From Epiperipatus broadwayi (lineage: Eukaryota > Animalia > Onychophora), in assembly GCA_028023455.1 (NCBI GenBank), contig JAQFVV010000011.1:2728001-2792000 (forward strand): a stretch of DNA of 64,000 nucleotides, written 5' to 3'. Positions within the stretch are counted from its first letter, which is position 1. The number at the start of each line of letters is the position of its first letter. A model generated the notes under the pieces. That model ran no database searches. It had not been told where the DNA came from and saw only the letters and a program-made list of their open reading frames with translations. Shown piece after piece: positions 13,123 through 25,200 of the stretch. The translations under genes were made by a program, and so were the position numbers.

Positions 13123-13718
13123 GTAGTTTGCTATAGATAAATAGTAAATCACAGTATGATACTGGAGATACATTAAGGCTGAAGATTTGGACTAACTGAT
13201 GATGGCTGGTTGAACCAAAAGTGCATTTTGGAGATCATTTGCTTTTGCCATACATTTTTAGCCACATGGTTTAAATGTTTGTGGAAATTGAAAGTTTTGT
13301 TAATACAGTATGGTAATATTTAAAAGTATTATATATTAGAGTATAAAAGTATATACTAAAGTTTTAATATGGTATGATTCCAGATGATACTATTTGTATA
13401 AAAATTTGGTTTTCATTATTCATAGATCCATTCTTGTGAATCCAAGTCAAAAATTAAACTACCCACAATCAGAATTATAGCAACTTTATTGAGGTGAATG
13501 CTAATCTAAAGCAAATATAAATCTATTTATCATAACTGAATAAGTTGGATTTCACAAAGTCTGATAATAATTTAAAAAATTTAGGTACTTAGTTTAGTTA
13601 GTAGACTGACATCACAAAACAAGCCAAATTACTGAAAACTCAATTACTAACTACACAGCCATTTAGTATCTATTGAGTAGCACTTTATAGGATATGTCAT
13701 AAGTCAACATACTTCCAG

Positions 13719-13940
13719 AAGCCAATAAACATCACATGATCACCATTTCTTATGCTTGCTTATAACTGTTATTAAAACAGGCAAAATTCTCTATACATAT
13801 TGCCACTAAGTGAAAGCCAGAGTAATCAATGGATGCCAGAAGGCTTGTTTTTAAAATCCCCATCTAGTGCCTAGTTGTCTGTTTTAATAACAATTACAAG
13901 CAAGCATAAGAAATGGTGATCATGTGATGTTTATTGACTT
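13719..13940. mobile_element. Fold-back of family D repeat, 65-bp arms
   Basis: 13719-13783 is the reverse complement of 13876-13940 with 4 mismatches; the spacer matches the 14.2, 19.4 and 23.0 kb copies. Confidence 0.75.
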
Positions 13941-14077
13941 AAAACCAATCCTGCCTAATAGGATAGTGGTGGCTATGGTTATTACTGAACTGACTTCAGA
14001 CCTATATGACTATATAAAATAATGAGCTTGGATTGAAAATATTATGATGTTTTCAATTTAAGACTTGTAGTTAAATA

Positions 14078-14306
14078 GAGATAAAAGGTGGCTGCTGGAG
14101 GGTTGCATTAGATCCTAAGATCTAGGTACAGTGCTCTCAGATTCAAGGCATCTCATTGATGAAGGCTCCAAGCCAGAAACTAGTCTGGGAATATTAGATA
14201 AGTAGGTACTAGATTGGGATTTTATGCACAAGTCTTCTGGCATCCATTGTTTACTCTGCCTTGCATTGAGTGGCAATAGATATAGAGAGTTTTGCCTGTT
14301 TTAATA
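14078..14306 (+). mobile_element. Family D repeat carrying an HHR motif at 14151-14190
   Basis: TCTCA-TTGATGA-aGGCTccaAGCCa-GAAA-CTAG-TC-TGGGA; homologous to the reverse complement of 22938-23130. Confidence 0.65.
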
Positions 14307-14349
14307 CTTGCAGAAGTTTTACATTACATTGGTAAAGATATAATTAAAG

Positions 14350-14670
14350 GGGATTTGAACACAGACTTTCAAACTTTCTTCATTTACCCACTCCATTTTG
14401 TATAACCAATACACATGACCACATATATGTGAAAAAGATAAATGATCTCCAATATATGTATTTGTGAGCTGAACCAGCACTCATCATTTGGTCCAGACCA
14501 TCATCTCCCTCATATAATCATTACTCAGTTTATATTAACATAGCAAATATTTAAACTTTAATAGACAGACTTCAATCCTCTCCAACTTTTCAATCATCCA
14601 CATTAATGAAAATCTAATGATGGAATGTTCGAACCCTTGTTGATGCCATTATTGTTAATACTCATGTTGA
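14350..14670 (-). mobile_element. PLE family A remnant with decayed HHR (14448-14493)
   Basis: Colinear with the 11.9-12.7 kb units. Confidence 0.7.
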
Positions 14671-15059
14671 TCTAAGGTCAGTATATAGTATGCTGATTTA
14701 TTAGTAAAGATGAGAAATTGGTTTAACATTTCTGTCAACTCAGTCTATTCATTTAATTTTTTTAATTACTTATGGATGGTTTATATCATACAAAATTAAC
14801 ACAATTACATAAACAAATACTAAAATCCACAAAATTAATAAGAAGCATGAAAAACACTCAAATAAACATAATTTAAAACTGAATAATAATCCAAACTAAC
14901 AACACAAATGGGAAACTTTTTTTCAGTCATTAGCAACAAACTAACTTTATTAATTATAAAAATATTAACTATAAAGTATCAATTTCTTTATCTACTAATG
15001 GAAATATGATGCTTTAAATAATTTATAACCCAAACATTTTCATTTTGATTTTTGCATTT

Positions 15060-17230
15060 CTCATATAAAAACTTAACCATTCTATTTCTTCTTGTACTGC
15101 CTCATTTGACATCCACATCTCTGCATATAATGCATGTCTTTCTACTCTTTGTACTTTTTCTAATTAATCTAACACTCCTTTGCTAACACAAAACATCATT
15201 ATCATAGGTTAACCTTGCTACTGCCACCTCATACAATTCTTGCTACATTATATTTATTATATGAACATACTATTAGTTTCTTTATCAGTTCCTTTCTTTG
15301 CTTCATTTATCAATTTTTTTCTCCCATTCATCCAAGCAATTTCTCTGACTACTTAAGATGATTCCCGAATAGTTATACCTATTCACCACATTTAGCTTTA
15401 TATCCCACAAAAAAAATTCTCTCCTCTTTTTCCAGCATTTACCATCATTACTTTTGACTTTTCTTTACTAAATTTGATACTAATCTCTTTACTCACCCCT
15501 GCACAAGTTTTCACTACAGCTTCCATATCTTCCCTATTTTCTGTGCATAATAAAATAATATCAGCAAATAAAAGACCTGACAATGTATATGTTCCCTTGC
15601 CATCTGCTAATGGTATCTCTACTCCTCTTCTTAAACTTTCTATTATCCTCTCAATTTCTTTTAAATATAACAAAAACAAAATAGATGATATAGGGCATCC
15701 TTGCCCTACTCCCACACCATTTTTAAATCTAGCTAATGTTATATTTCCTAATTGATACATATAATTATGTTCATATAATCTCTTAATAAGATCTGATAAT
15801 GCTCCATTCATTTCTAAATTTACTGAATTTATTTTTATTCACTCTATCATATAATTGCCTACCCATGTTTCTACTCATATCTTTAAGTTATGTGACCACT
15901 AGTAAACTATTTCCATACGCCTATTTATTCTAAAATTTTCTTGCATTTCTCCCACTATATTATTTTTTACCTTCCATTTTACCACTCCTCCAGCCACCAT
16001 ATAAGCAAAAACTTTATATAACACTGATGTTATCACTATCAGTCTATAATTATTTTTATCTTTCTATGGTCCTTACCTTTTCCGTTGAATAATAGCCTCA
16101 CTCTTGTATTATTCAAGTTATCTGGAAATTCTGTCTTCTGTGCCATCTTATTAAAACTTAATAGATTTAATTTTGCCCTATTTTCCAAATTCATCAGCCC
16201 TATCTCTGTTGCTCATTTACCTAAACCTTTTTCCTTTCTACTTTTCAACTTTTTCCCTGCCTCATTTCAATTCATTTTCTGTAAAACTAATCTTTCATTA
16301 CTATGTGCTTTTATGATTATTATTATTATTTTGTGTTTCACATCTAACATATTTTCTATATCCATTACATATTAAAAACTATCTCTAATTCCTTTCTAGA
16401 ACTACTTTCTCTCTCCTAATCACTCAGTAATATTATTTCTCATTCTCTTACATTCCTTCTTTATATAATTTTTTATTTCCATCTCTTCCAATTTTATTAA
16501 TATCTTCCAATAATTTAATAATTAATTTCATTCTCTTTCTATAATGATCTATTTTAGCCAACTTCTTTTTATTTAAATATTTTCACCATTTATTATTAAC
16601 ATCTTTTTCACTTTCTTTGCTCTTAATAGCACATTTATATTCTCTGCATGCTTTTCCCCTCTCTTTTACACTTATACTAATTATCACTTTTTTCTGAATA
16701 CTCTGACCTAAAACCCTATTTGCTACTTTTTCTACTTCTCCACACCAATCCTTATATTAATTCACAACAAACTCTTCCATTTACTTTTATTTTATATTTT
16801 TCTAACTTATTTTTATCATTCACTCTCCATTCATACCATTCACTCTCTTTTCTACTTTCATTATTATTTTCCATCACATTACTAACCATTTTTATTGTAA
16901 AGAAATTATGATCATGATTATATGCTCCCTCTTCATTATCAAACACTTTAATTTTCCGTACTTTATTTAATCCCTCTTTCTCTACTAATACATAATCTAT
17001 TGGGTGAAATAGATTATTTCTAAACCACGTGTATTGCTCCTCATAAATATTTGACAAATTTCCAATGCTCAAATTCATTCTCTGACCAAAAAATTTCAGA
17101 AGCTGCCTGGTCTTGTTATTCAAGTTATCAATTTTTTTAATGTGTCCATTCATATCCTCTATAACCATTATTTTCTTCCTTTTTTGAATCTTGGGTTTTC
17201 CCTGATTTTCATTATATTTCAGTGCCATCT
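15060..17230 (-). pseudogene. Degenerate LINE ORF2 (AP endonuclease + reverse transcriptase), possibly RTE-X-like
   Basis: APE motifs IEDMNGH, YTWF, IDYVLV, HDHN (16752..17228); RT motifs GVGQGCPISSILF and LLFAD-IILL (15398..15811); downstream LEKVQR...SNEAVQ. Clade assignment is inference. Confidence 0.9.
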
Positions 17231-18370
17231 ACTGTAATTCATGACTATTAAGTGAAAATGTCATAATATACTCATCTTCAGATCAGTTTGTAATTTTTGT
17301 CAGTTTGTAATTTTTGTCTTCATTGGCTAAGAACTTGAGATGTGATCCCATTAGTTTTTTTAAATAGTTCTAGCATTTATATTTTATAAGTTTCAAATCA
17401 CTAAACAAAACTGCAGTACAGTAAAAAGCAAACATATAAATGAAGATCTATGTAAAATTTGGAGAGTATAAAAATATTAGAAGTTCTACATGTATTTTGG
17501 TCTATAGATAAATAAATTAAAAATTTCCATTTATACAATCTTGAATAAAACTGAAGACAAATATAGGCATTAAAGAAAATGATATATCGTTGGTCTGTGA
17601 CTCTACTTACTTAAAATAATCATTTGCCTGCCCTCAAAGTGATAAATCCAACGGATCAAAGCTTTTTAAGAAAAAGTTGCTACTAAAGAATATCTGTGCT
17701 GTAAAGTTTGATCTCAAATTTAAAAGTCTTTCTTAAATCTATCACATGATTAAAATTTTAAAAAATGGTTTAATTTTGATATTTGCTTATATATTTCATT
17801 ATATAATGTTCAATGTGATTGCTTAATTTCTGAAATGATTATAAGCCCTGTGTGGTTTGGTGGCTGGAGCTAGGATCCATGGAATGATCCAACTCTTTTT
17901 TTCCCAATGCTTGAACTTTTTATGAACTCACAAACGTTAGATTTTTAAAAAAAGTATTGTAAGAGATTTTATAACCTCTACAAGTAATTACATTGTTAAA
18001 AATAAAAAATGAAAACTCTGTTTATTATTAATATATAAAATTTATTTATTTATTCTACTTAAGTAATATTTACTAAGGCAATAAATCTAAAGCATGTGCG
18101 GTTGAAAATGCAAAAGTAGGGACCTCTACAGGTCTTAACCACAAGCTTACACATTGGAAGAATGATTATGAGAGTTAATAAATAAATAATAAAATGGCTT
18201 TATTGTTTGAAAGCTCATAAAAAGTTCAAGCACCAAAAGTGCCATGACTGGAATTGATCCTAGAACCCATATTCTTTAGTCTGACAATCTATCATTGTGC
18301 AAAGCATGATGGGTAAGGAAGAAGTTTGTAATTTTTGAGATATGAATTTAAAATGAAGTAGGTGAAACAA

Positions 18371-19020
18371 TAGTGTTACATTTTGAATTACAAGTACCAA
18401 ACTTATTTCACCCACAACTTTGATACCGCCACCCCTCTCTCTCTATATATATATACAGTAATGATTATCACTAATTATTTATTAAACTAGAGATTATCTC
18501 TAGTCCAGATATAAACTTTAAACCTCAGTTAAAGATTAATATATCTGATATTTTTAAATTAAATGCACAGTATCTTTATATAATTTTAAAAGAAAATGTG
18601 TTAGGGTGGAGGTTTTTTAATACATTTATAAAGGTATTATACATGACATAGAAAAATGTAAATAATTTCATATATATGTGTCTGTGTTTAATTTTAAAAA
18701 ATCAGATATATTAATCTTTAACTGAGATTTAAAGTTTATATCTGGGCTAGAGACAATCTCTAGTTTAATAAATGATTAGAGACAATCATAACTATTTATC
18801 TAGGATAGATGGTGTCAAAGTTGTGGCTGGAGTAAATTTGACATTCGTAATTCAAAATTGTTAACAATTTACTACTGCACAGATAATAAAAATATATAAA
18901 ATGGTGACTTGGGCCAACTGATGAGTGCTGATTCTGCACGAAATGCATCTTGGACATCATTTGTCTTTTATTGTATCTTCATTCATATGATTTGAAAAGC
19001 ATATGTGGTAGTGTGGAGAT
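18371..19020 (+). mobile_element. PLE-derived long fold-back (18371-18870) followed by HHR
   Basis: Long inverted arms; the right arm gatggtgtcaaagttgtggctggagtaaatt resembles the family A GIY-YIG tail and runs into the HHR at 18912. Confidence 0.7.
18912..18955 (+). ncRNA. Minimal type-I HHR with fully canonical core (family A)
   Basis: CCAA-CTGATGA-GTGC tgattct GCAC-GAAA-TGCA-TC-TTGG; predicted cleavage after AUC at 18949. Confidence 0.85.
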
Positions 19021-19354
19021 TGTTGAATACATTGTGAAAGAATATTTAAAAATATAAGATGATGTTTGAATATTTTGTATTAATATAAGTAATAGAAAAA
19101 AGGATTAGAATCTACCATTGTATTAAATGACACAGGGATAAATAATCATTTGTCCATACAACTAATAACATCTATAGAAAGGTGCAATATTTTTATGTCA
19201 TCAATGACATATTTTTATGATTGACATTATTTTTCTGTTGAAATAAAAGAGTATTAATTTTAAAGTTATGTGTATATTAAAAACATTTGTAATAGAATAA
19301 GAAGAGGTAACTCTTAAATAACTCTAATAATTATTATTAACACAGAGACAAAAC

Positions 19355-19610
19355 TCTTCATATAATAGTGCCACTCAGTGCAAGCCAAAGTAATCAATGA
19401 ATGCAGAAAAGTTTGTGCATCATTGATTACTCAGGCTTGCACTGAGTGGCGCTACTGTATGGAAAGTTTGATGAGTAGGCATTAGTTAGGGATTTTATGC
19501 TCAAATCTTCCTGCAGCCATTGATTACTCTGGCTTACACTGAGTAGTGCTATTGTATGGAGAGTTTTGCCACTATATAAACAGCTAATGTAAGCATAAAG
19601 AAAGGTGATC
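19355..19610. mobile_element. Family D head-to-head plus tandem fragments
   Basis: gccactcagtgcaagccaaagtaatcaatg inverted against cattgattactcaggcttgcactgagtggc, then a second direct copy. Confidence 0.7.
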
Positions 19611-19947
19611 GTGTGATGTTTGATGATTTAAATTACTATTAAATTAATCAACAAAAATAATTAAATTTCTTTTTAAATACAATCTAAAATAATTTATTTA
19701 TATTTAAATACTTTAATGAAAATTTTAAAATATTTGAAGTATTCATTTTTTTTTATTAATTAATAAAGTCTCACAATACCCATATTTGAACATTTAATTT
19801 GTTTTGGATATATTTAAAAACACTTTCATCATGAACCAGATATTAAACATGTGAATAACAAATTCTCAAAAGGCAAATGTCCTCCACCTCCAATGCATAT
19901 CTGGCTGAACAAGTGGTTCATGATTTTTTTTTTTATGATGAAGATAT

Positions 19948-20122
19948 TTTTTTAAATAGAAGGGATTTACACCCTAATCACATGCACTGTAATGTTGTTA
20001 TATTAGCCAACGATGTTTTTTGAGTACTGAGAATACTCTTAAAATCAGTAAGACATTGTTGAGCTAGTATAACAACATTATGGGCACGTGCTTAAGGTGT
20101 AAATCTCTTTTATTTAAAAAAA
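19948..20122. repeat. Imperfect fold-back, ~70-bp arms
   Basis: 19948-20020 pairs with 20050-20122 at roughly 80% identity by eye. Confidence 0.7.
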
Positions 20123-21394
20123 TTACATACAATCTTTGTACTAGTAAATAAAATTAAAAGTTACATGATGAAGATATACTTAAATAAGGCAATAACCTTA
20201 GTACATGTGCTTTGAGTGCTTAATTTATTATAAGAGAGACCTCTGCAAATCTAAATGCAAGATTCAACTTTATAAAGATAAGAGCAGCCACTCTTATCTT
20301 CAACCTATTTTTCTAAATATATAGGCAAATCTAAAGCATTTTGATTTGGGAGTTGAAGCTAATAAATTCTTCACTGATTAAGTCCACTATTTCTGTTAAA
20401 CATTTCGATTTACAATGAGTTAATAGTCAGATCTTAAATTTAGAAATATTTTGAATCAATTTAAAGTTGTAAATATTAATTCTTATTAAGTGAAATGTCA
20501 GCACATAATACTTATGTAGAAGATTGTAATCTGGATCAACTTAATGATATCATATGGTTGCATTGAATTAAGAATACTTATATCAATCTTTAATTAAATT
20601 TAAAGGTTACTCCTGGGTTAAAAATGACAAGAACATCTCTAACCTGATAAATGATTAGAGATATGTACTAATGTATTTATCTAAAGAAAATGTTGTCAAA
20701 TGCATGAGCGAAGAAATTTGGCATTTATAGATTAAATTATAGTATTTTAATATCTTGTTTTATAATGGAATATGGTTGTGAATCTTTATTTAATTTGCTA
20801 TATTTGCAAGCAGTGCCAGCAGTATCGCAGTATGAGATAGCGTGGATAGTTGAGGGTCGTGTAAAAGTCTGAGTTCAAACCCCGTATATATTACATATTG
20901 GAATGAAGGTATAAAAAGCCTGTACTATAGAAAAAAATTATACATTTAAGACATTTGTAAAATTACATTTTCTTCATTTCCTTACACTAATTGTAGTCGG
21001 TTACTTTAACATTTCTAACGTTAAACCTTTACTTGGCTAACGGTCAAAACATTTAAGCGAATCAATTAAAATTTATGTTTAGTATATTAAATAACAATGT
21101 TTAATATTTTTTTTCTCATCTAGAATTAGCTAATTATAATATATTTAAATACATGGCGGAGAATTTGATTTTTAAAAAATCTTATATTTGCATATCCGTT
21201 TTTGTAATAGTTATTACTTTTTATAACTAAATTAATCAATATTGTTTTTTTTTTAAATCATTTTTTTAACTTTATTATATGCAATAATTGAATTATTTAC
21301 TTCATTAAATTGTAAAATAATATATATATATGTGCTGTACGATGGGATAATGAAACTAGTATATATAATCGAAAGCAAATATAAAATACTATTT

Positions 21395-21440
21395 TAGCTG
21401 ACCGCTTTCGAGAGACTTTTTGCTCTCATATTCATAGTTA
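21395..21440 (-). ncRNA. Minimal HHR variant, family B (A3-U8)
   Basis: TAACT-ATGAATAT-GAGAG caaaaagt CTCTC-GAAA-GCGG-TC-AGCTA. Confidence 0.65.
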
Positions 21441-21800
21441 CTATCTTGTTAAAAACTGCGTTGTTAGAAGGAAAATTTATGCAAAATAATGCAAATTAGT
21501 TATAACTGCCATGTTCGGGATGGGGCAAAGCAGGCTTCTCTTCGCTTAATGGACTTAGGATCACGTGCTATATGTAATGCTTCTCTGATCTTGCGTTTAG
21601 CATCGTGTCTTTCTGAGCAAACAATGTTAGCAGATGTGGGTTCGAATCTATGCCCTGTTGTTTTTTCATGCTCAACAAAGATGGAATTGCCTTCCTGCTT
21701 GGTTTTAGTTTTATTGTAAAGGTATTTATGCTGAGCCACTCTTTTGGCAATGCAGTCACTGAGATTATTATAGGCCTCAGTCATAAGGAATCTCTCTTGA
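21395..21800 (-). mobile_element. Penelope-like GIY-YIG C-terminal remnant with 3' repeat (family B)
   Basis: KRVAQHKYLY...SIFVEHEKTTGHRFEPTSANIVCSERHDAKRKIREALHI...SRTWQL is a typical PLE endonuclease tail; HHR follows the stop. Confidence 0.85.
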
Positions 21801-22937
21801 CTTAAGTAGGGCTTAATCATAATGAGTTTCTCGTGCTTTCGGTCATTTCTCCAAAATGATTGTAATAACAAAATCATCCCCTTTTTATTTTTAATTACGT
21901 GCAGAGCAATTCTGATCCCAACAGAAGAAGATTTATTGTTTTTATTTCTAATTTTTGTTATTGTTGTTGTTCTGGAATTAGAAATGCTATACTTATTTAT
22001 AAATGGCTCCTAATGATGAGAAGCCATCATTATTATAACAATTTAGTACTCTTAATCTTGAATTATATTACAGCAGTAGTAGGTTCAAATTCCAAGACTA
22101 TTTAGCATTCAAAATATCAAATTCGCTTAAAAAGTTAACTTTATGTTCATTATTATGTTTTATTAATATACATTATTTATTTTCTTCTCTTTTCTGATGT
22201 ATATACCATTCCACAATAATTTTTTACTCACTGCAATATATATATATTAAAATGAATATTTTTTATGGGCAATACATATAAAATATATATTATCTGGGTT
22301 CATCTGTGTTAAATCAACAGTAATATTAATTATACCAATATTTTGAGCTGAGTTATCACTCTATTATCTGGGAAAGTTTATGTTATTTATAAAATGTATT
22401 TAGAAGTGTTGGAAACAACACATGGAATAAGATTAAATGTTCAGCAATAAAGATAAAAGTAAAAAAAAATTAATAAGGGGATGTATGGCATCACATTAGA
22501 TGAATAATCTGACATAAAAGTAATAATTGTTTTGATTAATGGATTTAAAGAAAATTTTCATATGGAAGATAATTTAAACATTATTTGATACAATCCAGAC
22601 TTTTAACATTCTTGATAGTTATTTTGATTTTTCTTTGGTAGTAAATGACACATTATCTTACCCTTATAAATTCTTGTCACAATGTAATATTAATTCTCCC
22701 TTCATTGTACACATATCTCTTTTGTGTACATATGTGTGTATGCTTTATGAAGTGGGTTTTATTTCTTTCCTTTATTATAGTTTGCTGAATTCACATTTGG
22801 TGATGAATCATAATGTTAGCTTTCATGTTTCACAGTGTTGTTGCATTATTTATAATTCATCTTGATTATTTATAATATATAAATCAGTTGATTTAATTAG
22901 TCCATCTATCATAATTTTTTAAACCAATATTTTATCC

Positions 22938-23130
22938 AAACAAGCAAAACTCTCCACACAGTATTGCCACTCAATGCAAGCCAGAGTAATCAATCAATGC
23001 CAGAAGGCTTGTGCATAAAATCCCCTTCTCGTGCGTACTCATCCATTATCCCCAGATTAGTTTCTGGATTGTGGCCTTTGTAGTGAGGAGCCTTGGATCT
23101 GAGAGTACTGCACCTAGATCTCAAGATCTT
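22938..23130 (-). mobile_element. Family D repeat with decayed HHR (23050-23088)
   Basis: CCTCA-CTACAAA-ggccacaatcca-GAAA-CTAA-TC-TGGGG on minus. Confidence 0.65.
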
Positions 23131-23624
23131 ATTTTATCAAGATGTTCTATCTATCCCCCAAAAATATCAGAGAGGCGAACTAGAGTTTTAAGGAATCAAC
23201 AATATTAACAAATAGTGATGCATTTAAAGATGTGATCCAATTAAATGTTGTCTATCTATTAATTATACAGAGATTACCTGGATATTATAAATATAATTGC
23301 TATTACTGACAGATCTTCTTGACTTTCCAAAGTGCATAATGATAAAAAACGCATTTACATTCATCAAAAATATTAAAATATTTGGATACAAAATAGATAA
23401 TAAATCACATCATGGTATTTGATTTGTGGAAAGAAATAAAAACCCAAAAACAAATTCCAGATTTTTAAAAATGTGTGTACAATTGATTTTCTATTTTTAT
23501 TTAAATGCATTTTAAAAATCATTTGAATAATTTCTGACTCTTATAATAAATGCTTTTTATATTGGAATTTTTAATGTAGTCAATGTTAAAAAATCCCAAA
23601 ATAATTAAATATTTATAACTGAAA

Positions 23625-24215
23625 CACATATATATGCTACAAGTGCTCAGATATATATTAAGATAGCCAATTTTCATACTTTAATGGACAAGCTACAATT
23701 TACTCCACACTCCAACTCTTCAACCATCCATCCAATTGAAAATCTGATGATGAAATGCCCTGAGGCTGAGATTCTTGTCACACCCATGTTGACCATAGAT
23801 CAATCTGACCCCTCATGTACAGAACATAATCCATTTAATACATATACAAGGGATGGGCAGACATCTCTACTATGTAATAACTAAAACACAGTCTTATTAT
23901 ATACCTGTGTCTATATATATAATATATAGGGTATATGAGCACAGACTTTCACAACACCCACCACTCTCCACTCTATCTCATAACACTGATACATTTGAAC
24001 ACATATATGTCGAAAAGATAAATAATCACCAATATACGTATTTCATGCTAAACCAGCAATCATCAGTTGTTCCAGATTACGTATTTGGTGATTATTTATC
24101 TCTTCGACATATATGTGTTCAAATGTATCAGTGTTATGAGATAGAATGGAGAGTGGTAGGTGGTGTGAAAGTCTGTGCTCATATACTCTATATATTAAAT
24201 ATTTATAGCAATTCA
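23625..24215 (-). mobile_element. PLE family A remnant with ~115-bp terminal inverted duplication; HHR 24028-24071
   Basis: Arms 23921-24037 and 24079-24196; HHR ACAA-CTGATGA-TTGCT ggttt AGCAT-GAAA-TACGTA-TA-TTGGT. Confidence 0.8.
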
Positions 24216-24949
24216 ACAGGAAATGCAATAGTAGTTAATTTACAATATTTATGATTTTAATATATAGACCATATAAAAGAAAAAAAAAAGCCACATGTAA
24301 TAATCTTTTAAACATCATAAAATTTTATAGCAATATTTCAGCAGAATATGTGTTTTAAAATCTGACATAAAATCTATAATTAAATTGACGTTAATTATTT
24401 AAAAAATAAATAAATAAATACTTAGGAGGCCCATTAAAACTTAATTAAGTTATTTAATAGTTTCAAATAATAAAATGTTTCACTAGTAATAAATTATAAT
24501 TTCTAATAAATAAAAATCCACTAGATATTTATAATAATAAAAAAGTTTGATTTTTAATACATTTTTTAGTTAGAATGTTTTTTTTTTACAAAAATTCTGA
24601 TAATAATAATAATTTTTACCGTTAATCTTTTAAAAGATCTGAAGTGAATGAGGAAGTTGTAGTAAAAGTAAAGGAATTAACAATTGCAAACCTAAACACC
24701 GGATGTTCATAGTATTTTAAATAAAAACAATGGCGACTAGGTTTACCGCTCTCATACAAAAGCATCTGAATAATTTATTGTTTTGAAGTTCATAGGAAGT
24801 TTAAGCATTGGATATAATACTGGATCACAATTTATGAAATTTGAACTCTAGAGTTAGTCTCTTTATCATTGCCCAAAATAATGCAAGCACTATTTCCATC
24901 GTACTTGGCAATGGAGCCAAAGATTGTAAAATGGTTTAGAAACAGAAAA

Positions 24950-25200
24950 TTCTGCTTACCAGCCAGTAATGTAATACAGTAGGGTGCAACTTGTAGGTCA
25001 CAAACTTCAAGGGGCTGAAGAAAACTGGTTGGGGGTCATAAGTTCTCATGCTGGAAAATACATTTTTAATTGAAAAATAAAAATCTAAACCTTATTATGA
25101 AAACTGCTGAACTCATTATTGTGTGTCTGAACACTTTTGTGTTTAAGTACTTCCTTCTTTGCATTCTAATCCACTTTGTACAAACAGTACATCATAACTG
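24950..25200 (-). pseudogene. Possible pogo/Tigger-type DDE transposase remnant
   Basis: L*PPTSFLQPLEV resembles the LPPNTTSxLQPLD motif of DDE_1 transposases; stops present. Confidence 0.35.

Noticed and set aside
15474-16911. Plus-strand ORFs 15474, 16085 and 16720
   Set aside because: Antisense shadows of the minus-strand LINE ORF2.
21153-21230. Short ORF MAENLIFKK... with ATGGCGG start
   Set aside because: 25 codons, no splice donor support.
23853-24254. 133-aa ORF with an internal repeat
   Set aside because: Produced by reading through a PLE inverted repeat; no coding signal.
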